A DNA stretch of 64,000 bases from Candidatus Omnitrophota bacterium (GCA_022711115.1 JAKLFP010000002.1:143674-207673); one strand, 5' to 3'; shown: positions 49,801 through 57,983, numbered from the stretch's first letter. Program-made: numbers and translations. Notes: generated by a model from the sequence alone, not told the origin.

Positions 49801-52800
49801 TTCGTACTCGTATAACTCGCAGTCAGCGTATTGGTGCCCGTGATATCATTGAAAACCGATTCACCAGTCGGACCTGTAAAGGTCGTCGGATTCACTTGCG
49901 GCAGCGGCGTGATGGCAGTACTTTGATTTCCGGGCGGAATGATAGGAACGTAATCATAAGGACCAAGCTCAATCACATAGGTCTTCTGCCCTTCTCCTGC
50001 GGCGGTGAACACAATCTCCCGGATCTTGGTCGTATCGATCCCGTATATCTGATTCAAATTCACCGTGTATTTCTGAGGCGTCTCGGTAATGTCGCTAACA
50101 TTGCCACGCCAAGATCTTCCGTTCTCATCCTTGATCTCGAGAACCAACGAAGTGGCATCCAAACTGCCTACCGAAAAGGTAAGTCCATTCGGGAATTGAC
50201 TCGCAAAATCCACGTTATTGGTGAAACTTGAAAAAACACCCCCGAAGCTCGCGACATTGATACCGCTGTAACTCAAACGAAGAGCATTGGTCCTGATCAC
50301 CGTAACATCGGCAACCGTGTTCGTGCTGTCGGTGTAACTTCCCGTATTATTATTGACAGGCAACGGCGTGATCAAAGCACCCTGATTGGCTGCGGGCAAA
50401 ATCGGAGGAACATAGCTGTAGGGTCCAAGTTCGATCACATAGGTCTTCTGCCCTTCCCCTACCGCAGTGAAAACGATCTCTCGGATCTTAGTCGTATCGA
50501 TCCCGAATATTTGATTCAAGTTGACCGTATGCTTTTGAGCAGTCGCGCTAATACCGCTGATATTCCCACGCCAAACGTTCCCGTTCTCATCCTTGATCTC
50601 AATGCCCAAAATCGTCGCATTCGTGCTGGAAACTGAAAAGGTAAGACCATTGGGAAATGCGCTTGCAAAATCGACGCTATTAGTAAAACTTGAGTAAACC
50701 CCTCCATAACTATCCGCACTCGGTCCCGCATAATTCAGCATCACAACATTGGTGTTTTGCGCTGTGGCCAGAACCGATGCGTTCGTGCTATTAAAAGTAC
50801 CGAAGTTATTAAACGGCAAAGGGGTGATGTTGGCCGCTTGATTCCCAGGCGGAATATCGGGAATAAAATTCCAAGAGCCCATGACAAGATCGGCACTCTT
50901 CGGGCCTTGCCCTTCAAAAACATAGACCATCTGACGGACCTGCGTCGGATCAATCTTCCGAGCTATTTGGTCCAAAGGCAGCGTGTACTTTTGCTGATCC
51001 GGCGTGATGCTGCTAAGCATGCCAGTCCAGGTGTTGGTATTGGCATCCTTAACCTCGACTTTTAAATGATCCAGATTGGGACTGGCAATCGAAAAGGTCA
51101 GACCATTCGGGTAGAGATTCTGAAAGTTGATATTATTCGTGTATTCAAACACTGTCCCCGCATAACCGGTGGCATTCGTGCTCGCATAACTCATGCTCAG
51201 GGTATTGGTCCCAGTCACATTATTGGTAACTACCTCGCCTGTTGGTCCTGTAAAAGTGGTGGGATTGACCGTTGGAAGCGGTGTAATGTCCGCGGTTTGA
51301 TTGCCGGGAGGAATCGACGGAATATAGTTAAAATTTCCCCAATCCACATAGAGCGTTTTCTGTCCCTGACCTTCGATCACAAGCGTGATTTCCGTGATAT
51401 GCGTCTGATCAAGCGCTGGAGCATATTGCGTCATAAAACTGAGCGGAATATTAAAGCCTTTTCCTGAAGGCGTCAGATTGGATAGATATGCCGCAAAAAC
51501 ATTACCTCTCCCGTCCTTGAACTCAATCTTCACCCTTGAAAGATTGGGACTCGCTGCGAAGAGTCTCAAACCAGTCGGATAATTGGTCACCAAATTGATG
51601 GGGTTGTCTGCAAAATTGAATGCGGGACCCGCATAACTGGCAGTTCTGGCGCCGTTGACATTCACGGTCAAAAAGTTTTGCTCGTTTACCGTGTTCGTGA
51701 TCGTCGTACCGTCGTTGGAGTCAAAACTCCATAAATTCTGAACGGTCGGAAGCGGAGTCGCGGCTTTCTTCACGGCGCGGTAAACCTGCATGGGATTCAG
51801 CGAGAAATTTTGAATGAAATCAAGCGGCTGACCGGGTAAAACGAATTGATTGGTAACCAAAGTTCTCCACGGGCCGTTCACCTGCGCTGCGGCTTGAAGA
51901 TCAATGGCTCCAGGGCTGTAAGGCGCTTCCACGCGTACAGTTCCATTTTCACTAATAGACATCTGAGGCGGCATGAGCCCAGCCTCTGCGGCGTTTGTCA
52001 TTGTCACAGGCGCTTGGGATATTCCTACCACACTCATCAAACCAAACATAAGGGTCCGCAAAAGCGACGGCCTCATACTTCTGACAAACTGCTCTTGCGG
52101 CTGCGCCATCTCTTGACCCCTCATCTCCGAACGCATGCGGCTCCGAATAGCTTCATCAAGCGCGCGCAATGCGGGCTCATCTATTAGACCAAATTCAACT
52201 AATTTTTCCTCCACTTGCCTGCTTGCGTTCGCCAGTGCGAGGGCATTCCGCACGGCCCTCGTCGGATCAATTTTGAAAGCTACAACATCCGCCACTGTTT
52301 CGAGAGCCCAATCCGACTCGTCTCCCTGCACCCATTGCAAAAATTTCTCGATACCCGCATCAACCGCCCCCCTCACTTCGGATCGGGAGGCAACAGCGGT
52401 TTTGACCGCATCGACAAGTTGAACACCTGAAAAGGGCTTTGACAAAAATCCAACACTGGATTGTGCTACTGCTTTTCCTTCCACTGCGCTCAACCCTTCT
52501 GTCCCACCGCTCATCACAAGTGCCGCAATCGAATTGTTTTTAGCCCGGGCAGCTTCGACAATAACACTTTTTATAACCCCATCGCTTTTTTGAAAGGTAT
52601 CCTGACCATGCAGGATCCTGTCCGTGACCAGTACGTCAAAATCGTTTTCACTGATGGCTTGACGAGCGCCGTCAACCGTATCTGCGAATATCACGATCGC
52701 CCCTTCGCTCTCAAGTATTGCTTTTACTACTTCAAGAATCATGGGCTCATCATCAACAGCAAGAATCCGTTTTCCCGCAAGATTGATATCCGTAGGCAGA

Positions 52801-55800
52801 ACCGCCCTCACCTCGGAGCGGGTGGATTCGTCATATCCCTCAAGACGGATGTGGAGAGGCGATTGCCATTGCATCGTGGGGGTACTTGAACCAGTCCAGG
52901 AATTATATTGGGAAATTTTGTTGATATGCCCCTTGGGGTCTATCTCAAGCAGATAAAGCTGGTCCCCTAGCCGCTGGGGCGCTGTGTCCCTGAAACGTGC
53001 CAATTTAACAGAGAACTTTCCGCCTTCCCAGGAAATCCGACCTACGATCAGCATACCGCGCCAACCGAAATGCAATATACCGCCAAGCGGCTTGGACAGA
53101 ACCAAATCCTGACCCCAAAGACCTCGTAATAGCGTAAACCATGGCCTTGTAATCATCCTGAAACCGAAATCGACCCCACGAGAAATCGGCGCTAACAGAC
53201 GAAAGCCAGAAACACTTGTTAATGAACGAAGCAATTTGTTATCAGCCTCTGGATCTCTTCCATTCCCTACAAGCATCGGCGATAGCGGACGTCCTGTGGC
53301 ATCGAGATTGTCTGTCGCTTTCAAAAAGGCTCTCTGCAGACGCTGATAAATTTCATAACTTGGCATGGCACGTCCATAAGCCAACCACACCAGAAAAGTC
53401 AAAAAGATAAAATCATGCCGCTTGAGATAAATGACCTGGTTGTTCGCGGTAACCAAAAATGCCCGGCTTGATTCGCTCAAACGTCCGGCAATGCTCTGAA
53501 TCGTCTGTCTGGGAACGACGCTTTCATCATTCGCAAGCGCGTCTTTTTCCAGTTGTTGGATAAACGGCCTCCAATTTTCCTGATCCGTTGCCAGCATTTC
53601 GATTGCCGTGTCGATATTAGACCTCACCTCGGAACGGGCGGATTCGTCGCGTTTCATTCGTTCTTGTCTGGCTATGAACCACTTCCCAAAATAGTAGAGG
53701 CTGGTGCCCGCTAAAATTGCCGCCGGAACCACCATAGCCCCACGAATGATCCTGCCGAGTGAAGCAAAATTTATGACCGCACGATCCGATAGTGAAGCCT
53801 TGCCTTGCGGAGGTCTGACATTCACAACATCACGAATGAATGCCGTTGCGGCAGGATATCCGGGCTTACTGAACGGAAAAGTCGTCAGCCCTTTTAATAC
53901 AAAATCAATTTGGCCGCGTGTATTTCTTTGATGCTCATCCCATGCCATCACAAGGATCATGGCCCGCATGACTGTGAATTCCGATTCGGGGTGCACGGTC
54001 ACGCGGGTTGCGCCGCCGGTCCGTACCAGCCGCGTCCCACTGATCATTCCAATCCGTGTCGGAATGCCCCCGGCTCCGACCACTTCGGCTCTTTCCAAAT
54101 CGCTTTGATTGATAATAAAATCCCGGGAAATGAGACTTCCGAAGATTCGCGCATTCCAGAGACTGATGAGCCACAAGGCCCTCTGGTCCATCTCCGAAAA
54201 ATTTCTCACGGCCGGGTATTTAGCCAGAAATTCCGATTTTTTCTGAGCCCAGAGATTGTTGATATGCCCATTGACTGTCTGGACACGTTCTACCGGTGTC
54301 TTTTCCTCAAAATAGGTCCAGGCATGAAAGCGCTGATACTTTCGAGCGTCATCGATCCACTGATTCACTGACGGATAGGCCTTCCCAAGCCGGTATTCCT
54401 GAAATTGAGGAAAACCTTGCGCCTTGAGCGCGGCAGCACCTGCCGACTGCACAGGTCCTTGTGTTCTGGGAGCCTCCCCTGCTTCCACGGTTAAAGCACT
54501 TGCCAAAAGACCCAAACTGGCGGCAAAAAAAGTACGTCGCGTCACGGGCTGAAGTATTTCACGTTCTGACACTCTCAGTTCGGATCGCAAATTTTCTCTC
54601 GTCTCTCGAGCGCTTTCAATCAACGTCCCAAGTCTTTGGAACTCACTCGGCATGTTCAACGAAACGCCTGGCTGGGCCCGCAATCTTTCCGCAGCGGTTA
54701 TCATGGCTGCTAATTGCCCGTCTGCCTCTGCATCAACTGTTCCGCTTTGGACACGATCCTGTAATGCCCAAAATTGGCGTTCCAATTTTTTCACATCATC
54801 CGGCGTCGCCCTCAATTCGGCACGGGCCGCCCCAGAAGAAGAAAAGCCTAAACGACGTTCAAAGAAAGCGCGAGCTGCCCCTGCATAGTCGCGAAACTCC
54901 GGTCTACCGCTTGCCGGTTGATACGGAATTTCGGAAACTCGAAGTTCGTTTCGTCTTGTCGAATCCGCATGGGCAACCACAAGACTTGCGCCCAAGGCCA
55001 TCGCATCATATAAATGCGTCACATGAAACGCCTGCATTTCCTGACCCGGCTTAAAAAGCTGAGGAAAACTGACGACGAGACCGGAAACTGCCTGACCCTT
55101 TTGATCAACCGCCCTTGATTCCGCACGGAGTTCGATCGCTTTTATTCTGCCTGTTGCTTTCAGTTTATCGATCAGTGTGTTAATATCGGCAATGTCAAGC
55201 GTCCGCAGTTCCGAGCGGCCGGTAGATGTTCCTATGAAAGGGCGAAAACCGTTAACCCTCTCCCCAAGCGCCCAGCGAAACTGTTTGACAATGAACGCCG
55301 GAACCGCCGCTTGATACAGATGGATCATGTTTAACATTTCACCAAGAAAATATCGCAGTCTCTTGCCCCGTAATTCCGAGCGGCCGGTCGTTGCGCCAGT
55401 CTTTTCAATCTTCATTTCTCTCAGAGAACTGTCATTAGCATCATTCACAACTATCGTTTCACGCCCACTCCTGATAAACATTTCTTGAACATTAGCGGGC
55501 AAATCCTGCATCGTCAGACTAGATGCCGGTAAGTCCATCTTGGTTACTGGCGCGTTCGGCGTCGTGCCCCCCGCAACATTCACAGCCATCTTTGTGCCAG
55601 CCGTCGTATTCGTAGAGCTGAGCCGTGCAAGCGCCGGAGAATTCGTCGAAAAGATGAAAACACCACCATCTCCTTTATTTAAATAATATCCGGACCGAGC
55701 CTCCCAATTCATCAGATTATGTGTCTCTTCCGTTCTTACACCATTTATGGCAACCTCAAACGTTGTCGCCATCCGTCCATTCGGTAGTTGGAACAAATTC

Positions 55801-57983
55801 GGTGACATCGTGCCTGCATTCCCTTGCGCTCGCGCCACGTTGAGTGACAACGCCAAACCCATCAACGCTAACCCTATCTTCTGCCACCAATTCGATCGCA
55901 GCTCAGAACGACCTGCTAATGCCGGAGCCGGAGTTTTAGCCGCTGTCTCGACGAGCGCCAATGATGGTACTGCAATGGATGTTGCTCTGGAAGCCGGCGC
56001 AGTCGCATTCACAATCGTCGCTTTTTCTCCCATGACCGCAGATTGACTTGTTGCGGTCGCGGTACGAATCATGGCGGTCGTGCCTTGCTGAACGGCTATA
56101 TCCCATGTCTTGGTACTATCATTAAATACAAGCGTTCGAGTTCCCGTTTTACCATCTACCACGTACGTCATCGACCCTCCGCGCGTGGTCATGATCGGTA
56201 CTGCGCCTTTATCCGCCATATATCGGAAATTCTGATCCATAGTTGCGGTCGTTGTGATATCAGCCGCTGCGTCCAAGGCCGCGCTGACCACGAGTCGAAG
56301 CGTTTTAGAGCCGTCCTTGCCCATCGGATCTCCAGTCATCGTGACAGCATTTTCAATGGTCGCAATGTCAAAACGGGTCTTGGTGCGCTGTAACATGGTA
56401 TCGCGGTAAAGCTTCTCATCACTTTTTTCGCTGAGACGCGGCGTGACGATCCCGTAGCTGATGTCATGATCGCGGAAGATCTCGCTCAAACCGTCCGTGT
56501 GATAACCCCCGGTAATCAGAACCGCTTTGCCGATATTTTCTTCTGAAAGTTTTTTTTGGATTTGCACAAAAAAGGCATCTTCACGTTTCCTCGCGAGATC
56601 ATAGAAATCAATGCCGCTTGTGAAAAGTTCGGACATGCGTTTGGAAAAATCGGGCGGCATGACTTTCTGTTTCATAAGCGATTCGTCATTTTTGGAGACG
56701 GCCACCGCCTCCGTCAAACGCCCGACCATGGACTCGATGGTGAGGATCTTTTGTTTGTCCTGCACTTTGCGCGATTCCGTGCGGTTGAGTTCCAGGTGCA
56801 GCAGTTTGCGGAGGAGTTCGCCATCCCGATAAAGTTCGAGAAGATTCTTCTGCGCGGGCTCCTTGGCCAAGGTATCAAGCATTTTAGCGAAAAGGAATTC
56901 GATCTCTTCAAAAAGAGCTTTCGGATCCAGTTCATTTTTGAGGACCACATAACCGGCATAAAGACTGAAATTCGGATAATCGCTGAACTTGAATCCTCTG
57001 GGTCCGGCTTCCGCCGCCAGTTGTTCCAGAACCCATCGGGGCAATATTTCTTTCGCATCCTTACCCGTACCGGCCCTGCCCATACTGATATTGCCTTCCT
57101 GAAAATTTTCGATGGCCCGGACAAGTGCCTCCGAAGTTCTTTTTTCGCGAAGAAACTTCACGAGGGAATCCCGTTCGGCCAGCGCCTTGTTCCGCTCCAC
57201 GTCTTTTTCCATTGTCTGAATAACAAGAAGACGCGTGATTTGCGGCCAACCGACCTGGGCGAACAGGCTTTCCAGGTCCACGTTCAGAACCTTCTTCGCT
57301 TGTTTGACAAGCGATTTTACATAGGGCAAAAATTCGCGCCGCCCCATCTCAAAGCTTTTCCAATCCGCGATAAGCCCGCGTGTATCCGGTGTAAACGTTT
57401 TGGACGCAACTTGCTCCAGCCTCACGTCGAAAACTCGAAAGAATTTTTCCACATCCGTTTCGGCCCCAAAGACTTTCTTCAAGGCGTTGTAATTTTGTTT
57501 ATAGAGGGAAGCATTTTCGATACCGATCGCCTCCACTTCCGGCGGTGCCTCCAGCAAATAAAGTTCGGCACCCGTCAATTCGCCCTGTTTTGCCAGATTA
57601 TCGGAAAGCTTCAGATTGCGTTCCTTGTCCGGGAAAAGACGGAGATAATCCGCATTCAGTTTTTCAGAAGCGCCTTCCACGAACACGGTTTTGATCGCGT
57701 ATTTTTTGTTCAGGTATTCCAGGAGCTGCTTGATCTTGATTTGCGCCTGATAATTGGCGTGGGCATTCTGAATGTGAAGCACAAATTTCGGATCTTGTTT
57801 GACTGGCGCCTCATAAATTTCATCGATGCTTGCAAGGTCCGCAGGAATATCAAGGCTCAGAAAATTAGGGATTTCCCGAGGGTTGGCTATTTCGATGCGA
57901 GCGCCCGGATCTGCCCATGTGCACTGCGTGGTCAAAAAACAAACTACTGTTATTATCGCGACCACTTTTAAATACTTTTTCAT
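46833..57983 (-). CDS. Giant modular protein (3716 aa) of unknown function. It has an N-terminal signal peptide and an embedded CheY-like receiver domain. About 7 tandem 150-aa beta-sandwich repeats are present. At least 13 RSE[LV]R junction motifs occur, and internal Sec/Tat-like hydrophobic segments follow some of them
   Basis: An uninterrupted 11.15-kb frame. ATG at 57983 is preceded by a GGGGG Shine-Dalgarno. The signal peptide is MKKYLKVVAIITVVCFLTTQCTWA. The receiver domain is RILAVDDEPMILEVVKAIL...VLVTDRILHG...LSKPF. See findings for the repeats and motif. Confidence 0.8.
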   Translation of the reverse strand: MKKYLKVVAIITVVCFLTTQCTWADPGARIEIANPREIPNFLSLDIPADLASIDEIYEAPVKQDPKFVLHIQNAHANYQAQIKIKQLLEYLNKKYAIKTVFVEGASEKLNADYLRLFPDKERNLKLSDNLAKQGELTGAELYLLEAPPEVEAIGIENASLYKQNYNALKKVFGAETDVEKFFRVFDVRLEQVASKTFTPDTRGLIADWKSFEMGRREFLPYVKSLVKQAKKVLNVDLESLFAQVGWPQITRLLVIQTMEKDVERNKALAERDSLVKFLREKRTSEALVRAIENFQEGNISMGRAGTGKDAKEILPRWVLEQLAAEAGPRGFKFSDYPNFSLYAGYVVLKNELDPKALFEEIEFLFAKMLDTLAKEPAQKNLLELYRDGELLRKLLHLELNRTESRKVQDKQKILTIESMVGRLTEAVAVSKNDESLMKQKVMPPDFSKRMSELFTSGIDFYDLARKREDAFFVQIQKKLSEENIGKAVLITGGYHTDGLSEIFRDHDISYGIVTPRLSEKSDEKLYRDTMLQRTKTRFDIATIENAVTMTGDPMGKDGSKTLRLVVSAALDAAADITTTATMDQNFRYMADKGAVPIMTTRGGSMTYVVDGKTGTRTLVFNDSTKTWDIAVQQGTTAMIRTATATSQSAVMGEKATIVNATAPASRATSIAVPSLALVETAAKTPAPALAGRSELRSNWWQKIGLALMGLALSLNVARAQGNAGTMSPNLFQLPNGRMATTFEVAINGVRTEETHNLMNWEARSGYYLNKGDGGVFIFSTNSPALARLSSTNTTAGTKMAVNVAGGTTPNAPVTKMDLPASSLTMQDLPANVQEMFIRSGRETIVVNDANDSSLREMKIEKTGATTGRSELRGKRLRYFLGEMLNMIHLYQAAVPAFIVKQFRWALGERVNGFRPFIGTSTGRSELRTLDIADINTLIDKLKATGRIKAIELRAESRAVDQKGQAVSGLVVSFPQLFKPGQEMQAFHVTHLYDAMALGASLVVAHADSTRRNELRVSEIPYQPASGRPEFRDYAGAARAFFERRLGFSSSGAARAELRATPDDVKKLERQFWALQDRVQSGTVDAEADGQLAAMITAAERLRAQPGVSLNMPSEFQRLGTLIESARETRENLRSELRVSEREILQPVTRRTFFAASLGLLASALTVEAGEAPRTQGPVQSAGAAALKAQGFPQFQEYRLGKAYPSVNQWIDDARKYQRFHAWTYFEEKTPVERVQTVNGHINNLWAQKKSEFLAKYPAVRNFSEMDQRALWLISLWNARIFGSLISRDFIINQSDLERAEVVGAGGIPTRIGMISGTRLVRTGGATRVTVHPESEFTVMRAMILVMAWDEHQRNTRGQIDFVLKGLTTFPFSKPGYPAATAFIRDVVNVRPPQGKASLSDRAVINFASLGRIIRGAMVVPAAILAGTSLYYFGKWFIARQERMKRDESARSEVRSNIDTAIEMLATDQENWRPFIQQLEKDALANDESVVPRQTIQSIAGRLSESSRAFLVTANNQVIYLKRHDFIFLTFLVWLAYGRAMPSYEIYQRLQRAFLKATDNLDATGRPLSPMLVGNGRDPEADNKLLRSLTSVSGFRLLAPISRGVDFGFRMITRPWFTLLRGLWGQDLVLSKPLGGILHFGWRGMLIVGRISWEGGKFSVKLARFRDTAPQRLGDQLYLLEIDPKGHINKISQYNSWTGSSTPTMQWQSPLHIRLEGYDESTRSEVRAVLPTDINLAGKRILAVDDEPMILEVVKAILESEGAIVIFADTVDGARQAISENDFDVLVTDRILHGQDTFQKSDGVIKSVIVEAARAKNNSIAALVMSGGTEGLSAVEGKAVAQSSVGFLSKPFSGVQLVDAVKTAVASRSEVRGAVDAGIEKFLQWVQGDESDWALETVADVVAFKIDPTRAVRNALALANASRQVEEKLVEFGLIDEPALRALDEAIRSRMRSEMRGQEMAQPQEQFVRSMRPSLLRTLMFGLMSVVGISQAPVTMTNAAEAGLMPPQMSISENGTVRVEAPYSPGAIDLQAAAQVNGPWRTLVTNQFVLPGQPLDFIQNFSLNPMQVYRAVKKAATPLPTVQNLWSFDSNDGTTITNTVNEQNFLTVNVNGARTASYAGPAFNFADNPINLVTNYPTGLRLFAASPNLSRVKIEFKDGRGNVFAAYLSNLTPSGKGFNIPLSFMTQYAPALDQTHITEITLVIEGQGQKTLYVDWGNFNYIPSIPPGNQTADITPLPTVNPTTFTGPTGEVVTNNVTGTNTLSMSYASTNATGYAGTVFEYTNNINFQNLYPNGLTFSIASPNLDHLKVEVKDANTNTWTGMLSSITPDQQKYTLPLDQIARKIDPTQVRQMVYVFEGQGPKSADLVMGSWNFIPDIPPGNQAANITPLPFNNFGTFNSTNASVLATAQNTNVVMLNYAGPSADSYGGVYSSFTNSVDFASAFPNGLTFSVSSTNATILGIEIKDENGNVWRGNISGISATAQKHTVNLNQIFGIDTTKIREIVFTAVGEGQKTYVIELGPYSYVPPILPAANQGALITPLPVNNNTGSYTDSTNTVADVTVIRTNALRLSYSGINVASFGGVFSSFTNNVDFASQFPNGLTFSVGSLDATSLVLEIKDENGRSWRGNVSDITETPQKYTVNLNQIYGIDTTKIREIVFTAAGEGQKTYVIELGPYDYVPIIPPGNQSTAITPLPQVNPTTFTGPTGESVFNDITGTNTLTASYTSTNFTGYAGTVFEYTNNINFQSLYPNGLTFSIASPNLNHLKVEVKDANTNTWRGMLGGITPGLQKYTLSLNLLQQKIDPTQVRQVVYVFEGQGPKSADLVLGSWDYVPSIPPGNQGAAITPLPQVNPMNFTGPGGEVVFNNITGTNTMSMSYSSTNATGYAGTVFEYTNNINFQSLYPNGLTFSIASPNLDHLKVEVKDANTNTWTGILSGITPSSQKYTLPLDQMARKIDPTQVRQMVYVFEGQGPKNADLVMGSWNFAPDVPPGNQTASVTPLPFVGLGNFVSSTNVVGELKVTETNTFTFNYVGENTASFGGVFANYTNNVDLPTQFPNGITFSLGSTNAPVVGYEIQDAEGKTWRANLTGVLNTPQNYTIDINNVQGINVHEARTFSFTLTGPESATINVKQGRYDFTPDIGGGGAEGFLGGPRSEVRMSQFHVIGLGTQIITGHVDGKTTQAREYTLRLDQPINAKDLVRLNLNPIRQNGLNAGSVMFVTALDAKGKSVGKMMRILVTDLDEARHVPFRDIGGKFSKLRIETTDGLMLPAQITLRGETVYRSPARSEVRGKLSANIMQTIDRVVSAWEITIAAADTIQTREEDVMHWLDAFAIRTGSYPSLHHMAVLETRNDFFANSMNALEDSILKAETDRSQRPGTIEAVKLALKGRLTRSEVREAGPQLPVIKLEIEVRQELVDQVRRLLAPEILRKLESEPFKYGTDTLNDVVAKIVVPAFGNPTVEQVVTALTTLVALKTGEMDWTKFLESEVAKSIMTNAVISVSTDIGGVLIVMKELPDAARLNELKLQLGMNPRAVVRILVVNDKVSVAEQLAIQADIRDNIQQTTDYRGSLIDNRMTINFANTLQAAQAIRTAEGEVFRDLRKMDPALTAEMDRGEHLVLLIEDMPEMLDKEFSGTVFDSQKGNKAYAGLRGLLAMKAAQLNVSIKNMDAMALLNRQLGDDVLKRVKAYFGIDEMKLAGLAKLWSDILTIQATSKAA
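48540..51950. repeat. About 7 tandem coding repeats of about 456 bp (152 aa) inside the giant gene, in two alternating sequence subtypes
   Basis: Units begin ...IPPGNQ.A.ITPLP and end ...(F/Y)(I/V)P. Subtype 1 carries TFTGPTGE...KVEVKDANTNTW; subtype 2 carries IKDENG..WRGN. Several units are at least 85-90% identical at protein level. The antisense frames repeat as well (MIQIGACDRKRQTIRIK... at 49692 and MIQIGTGNRKGQTIRVE... at 51066). Confidence 0.8.

Noticed and set aside
48540-51950. The possibility that the regularly spaced repeats are a CRISPR array
   Set aside because: The period is about 456 bp, not 28-37 bp. The units are in-frame coding repeats with conserved amino-acid sequence. 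No repeat-spacer alternation and no cas genes are present.
47796-55913. The recurrent CCTCACCTCGGAGCGGG-type DNA motif as an inserted REP-like or mobile element within the giant gene
   Set aside because: Every copy is in frame and encodes the same pentapeptide. Other copies encode it with different codons, so the conservation is at protein level. The near-identical DNA subsets are best explained by recent module duplication.
56556-57971. A 471-aa plus-strand ORF, plus other plus-strand ORFs of 100-200 aa at 47136, 49287, 49692, 50757, 51066, 51846 and 54461
   Set aside because: All lie antisense within the giant minus-strand ORF. Their sequences are low-complexity and Arg/His/Phe-rich, typical of antisense frames. 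The periodic ones at 49692 and 51066 only mirror the tandem coding repeats.
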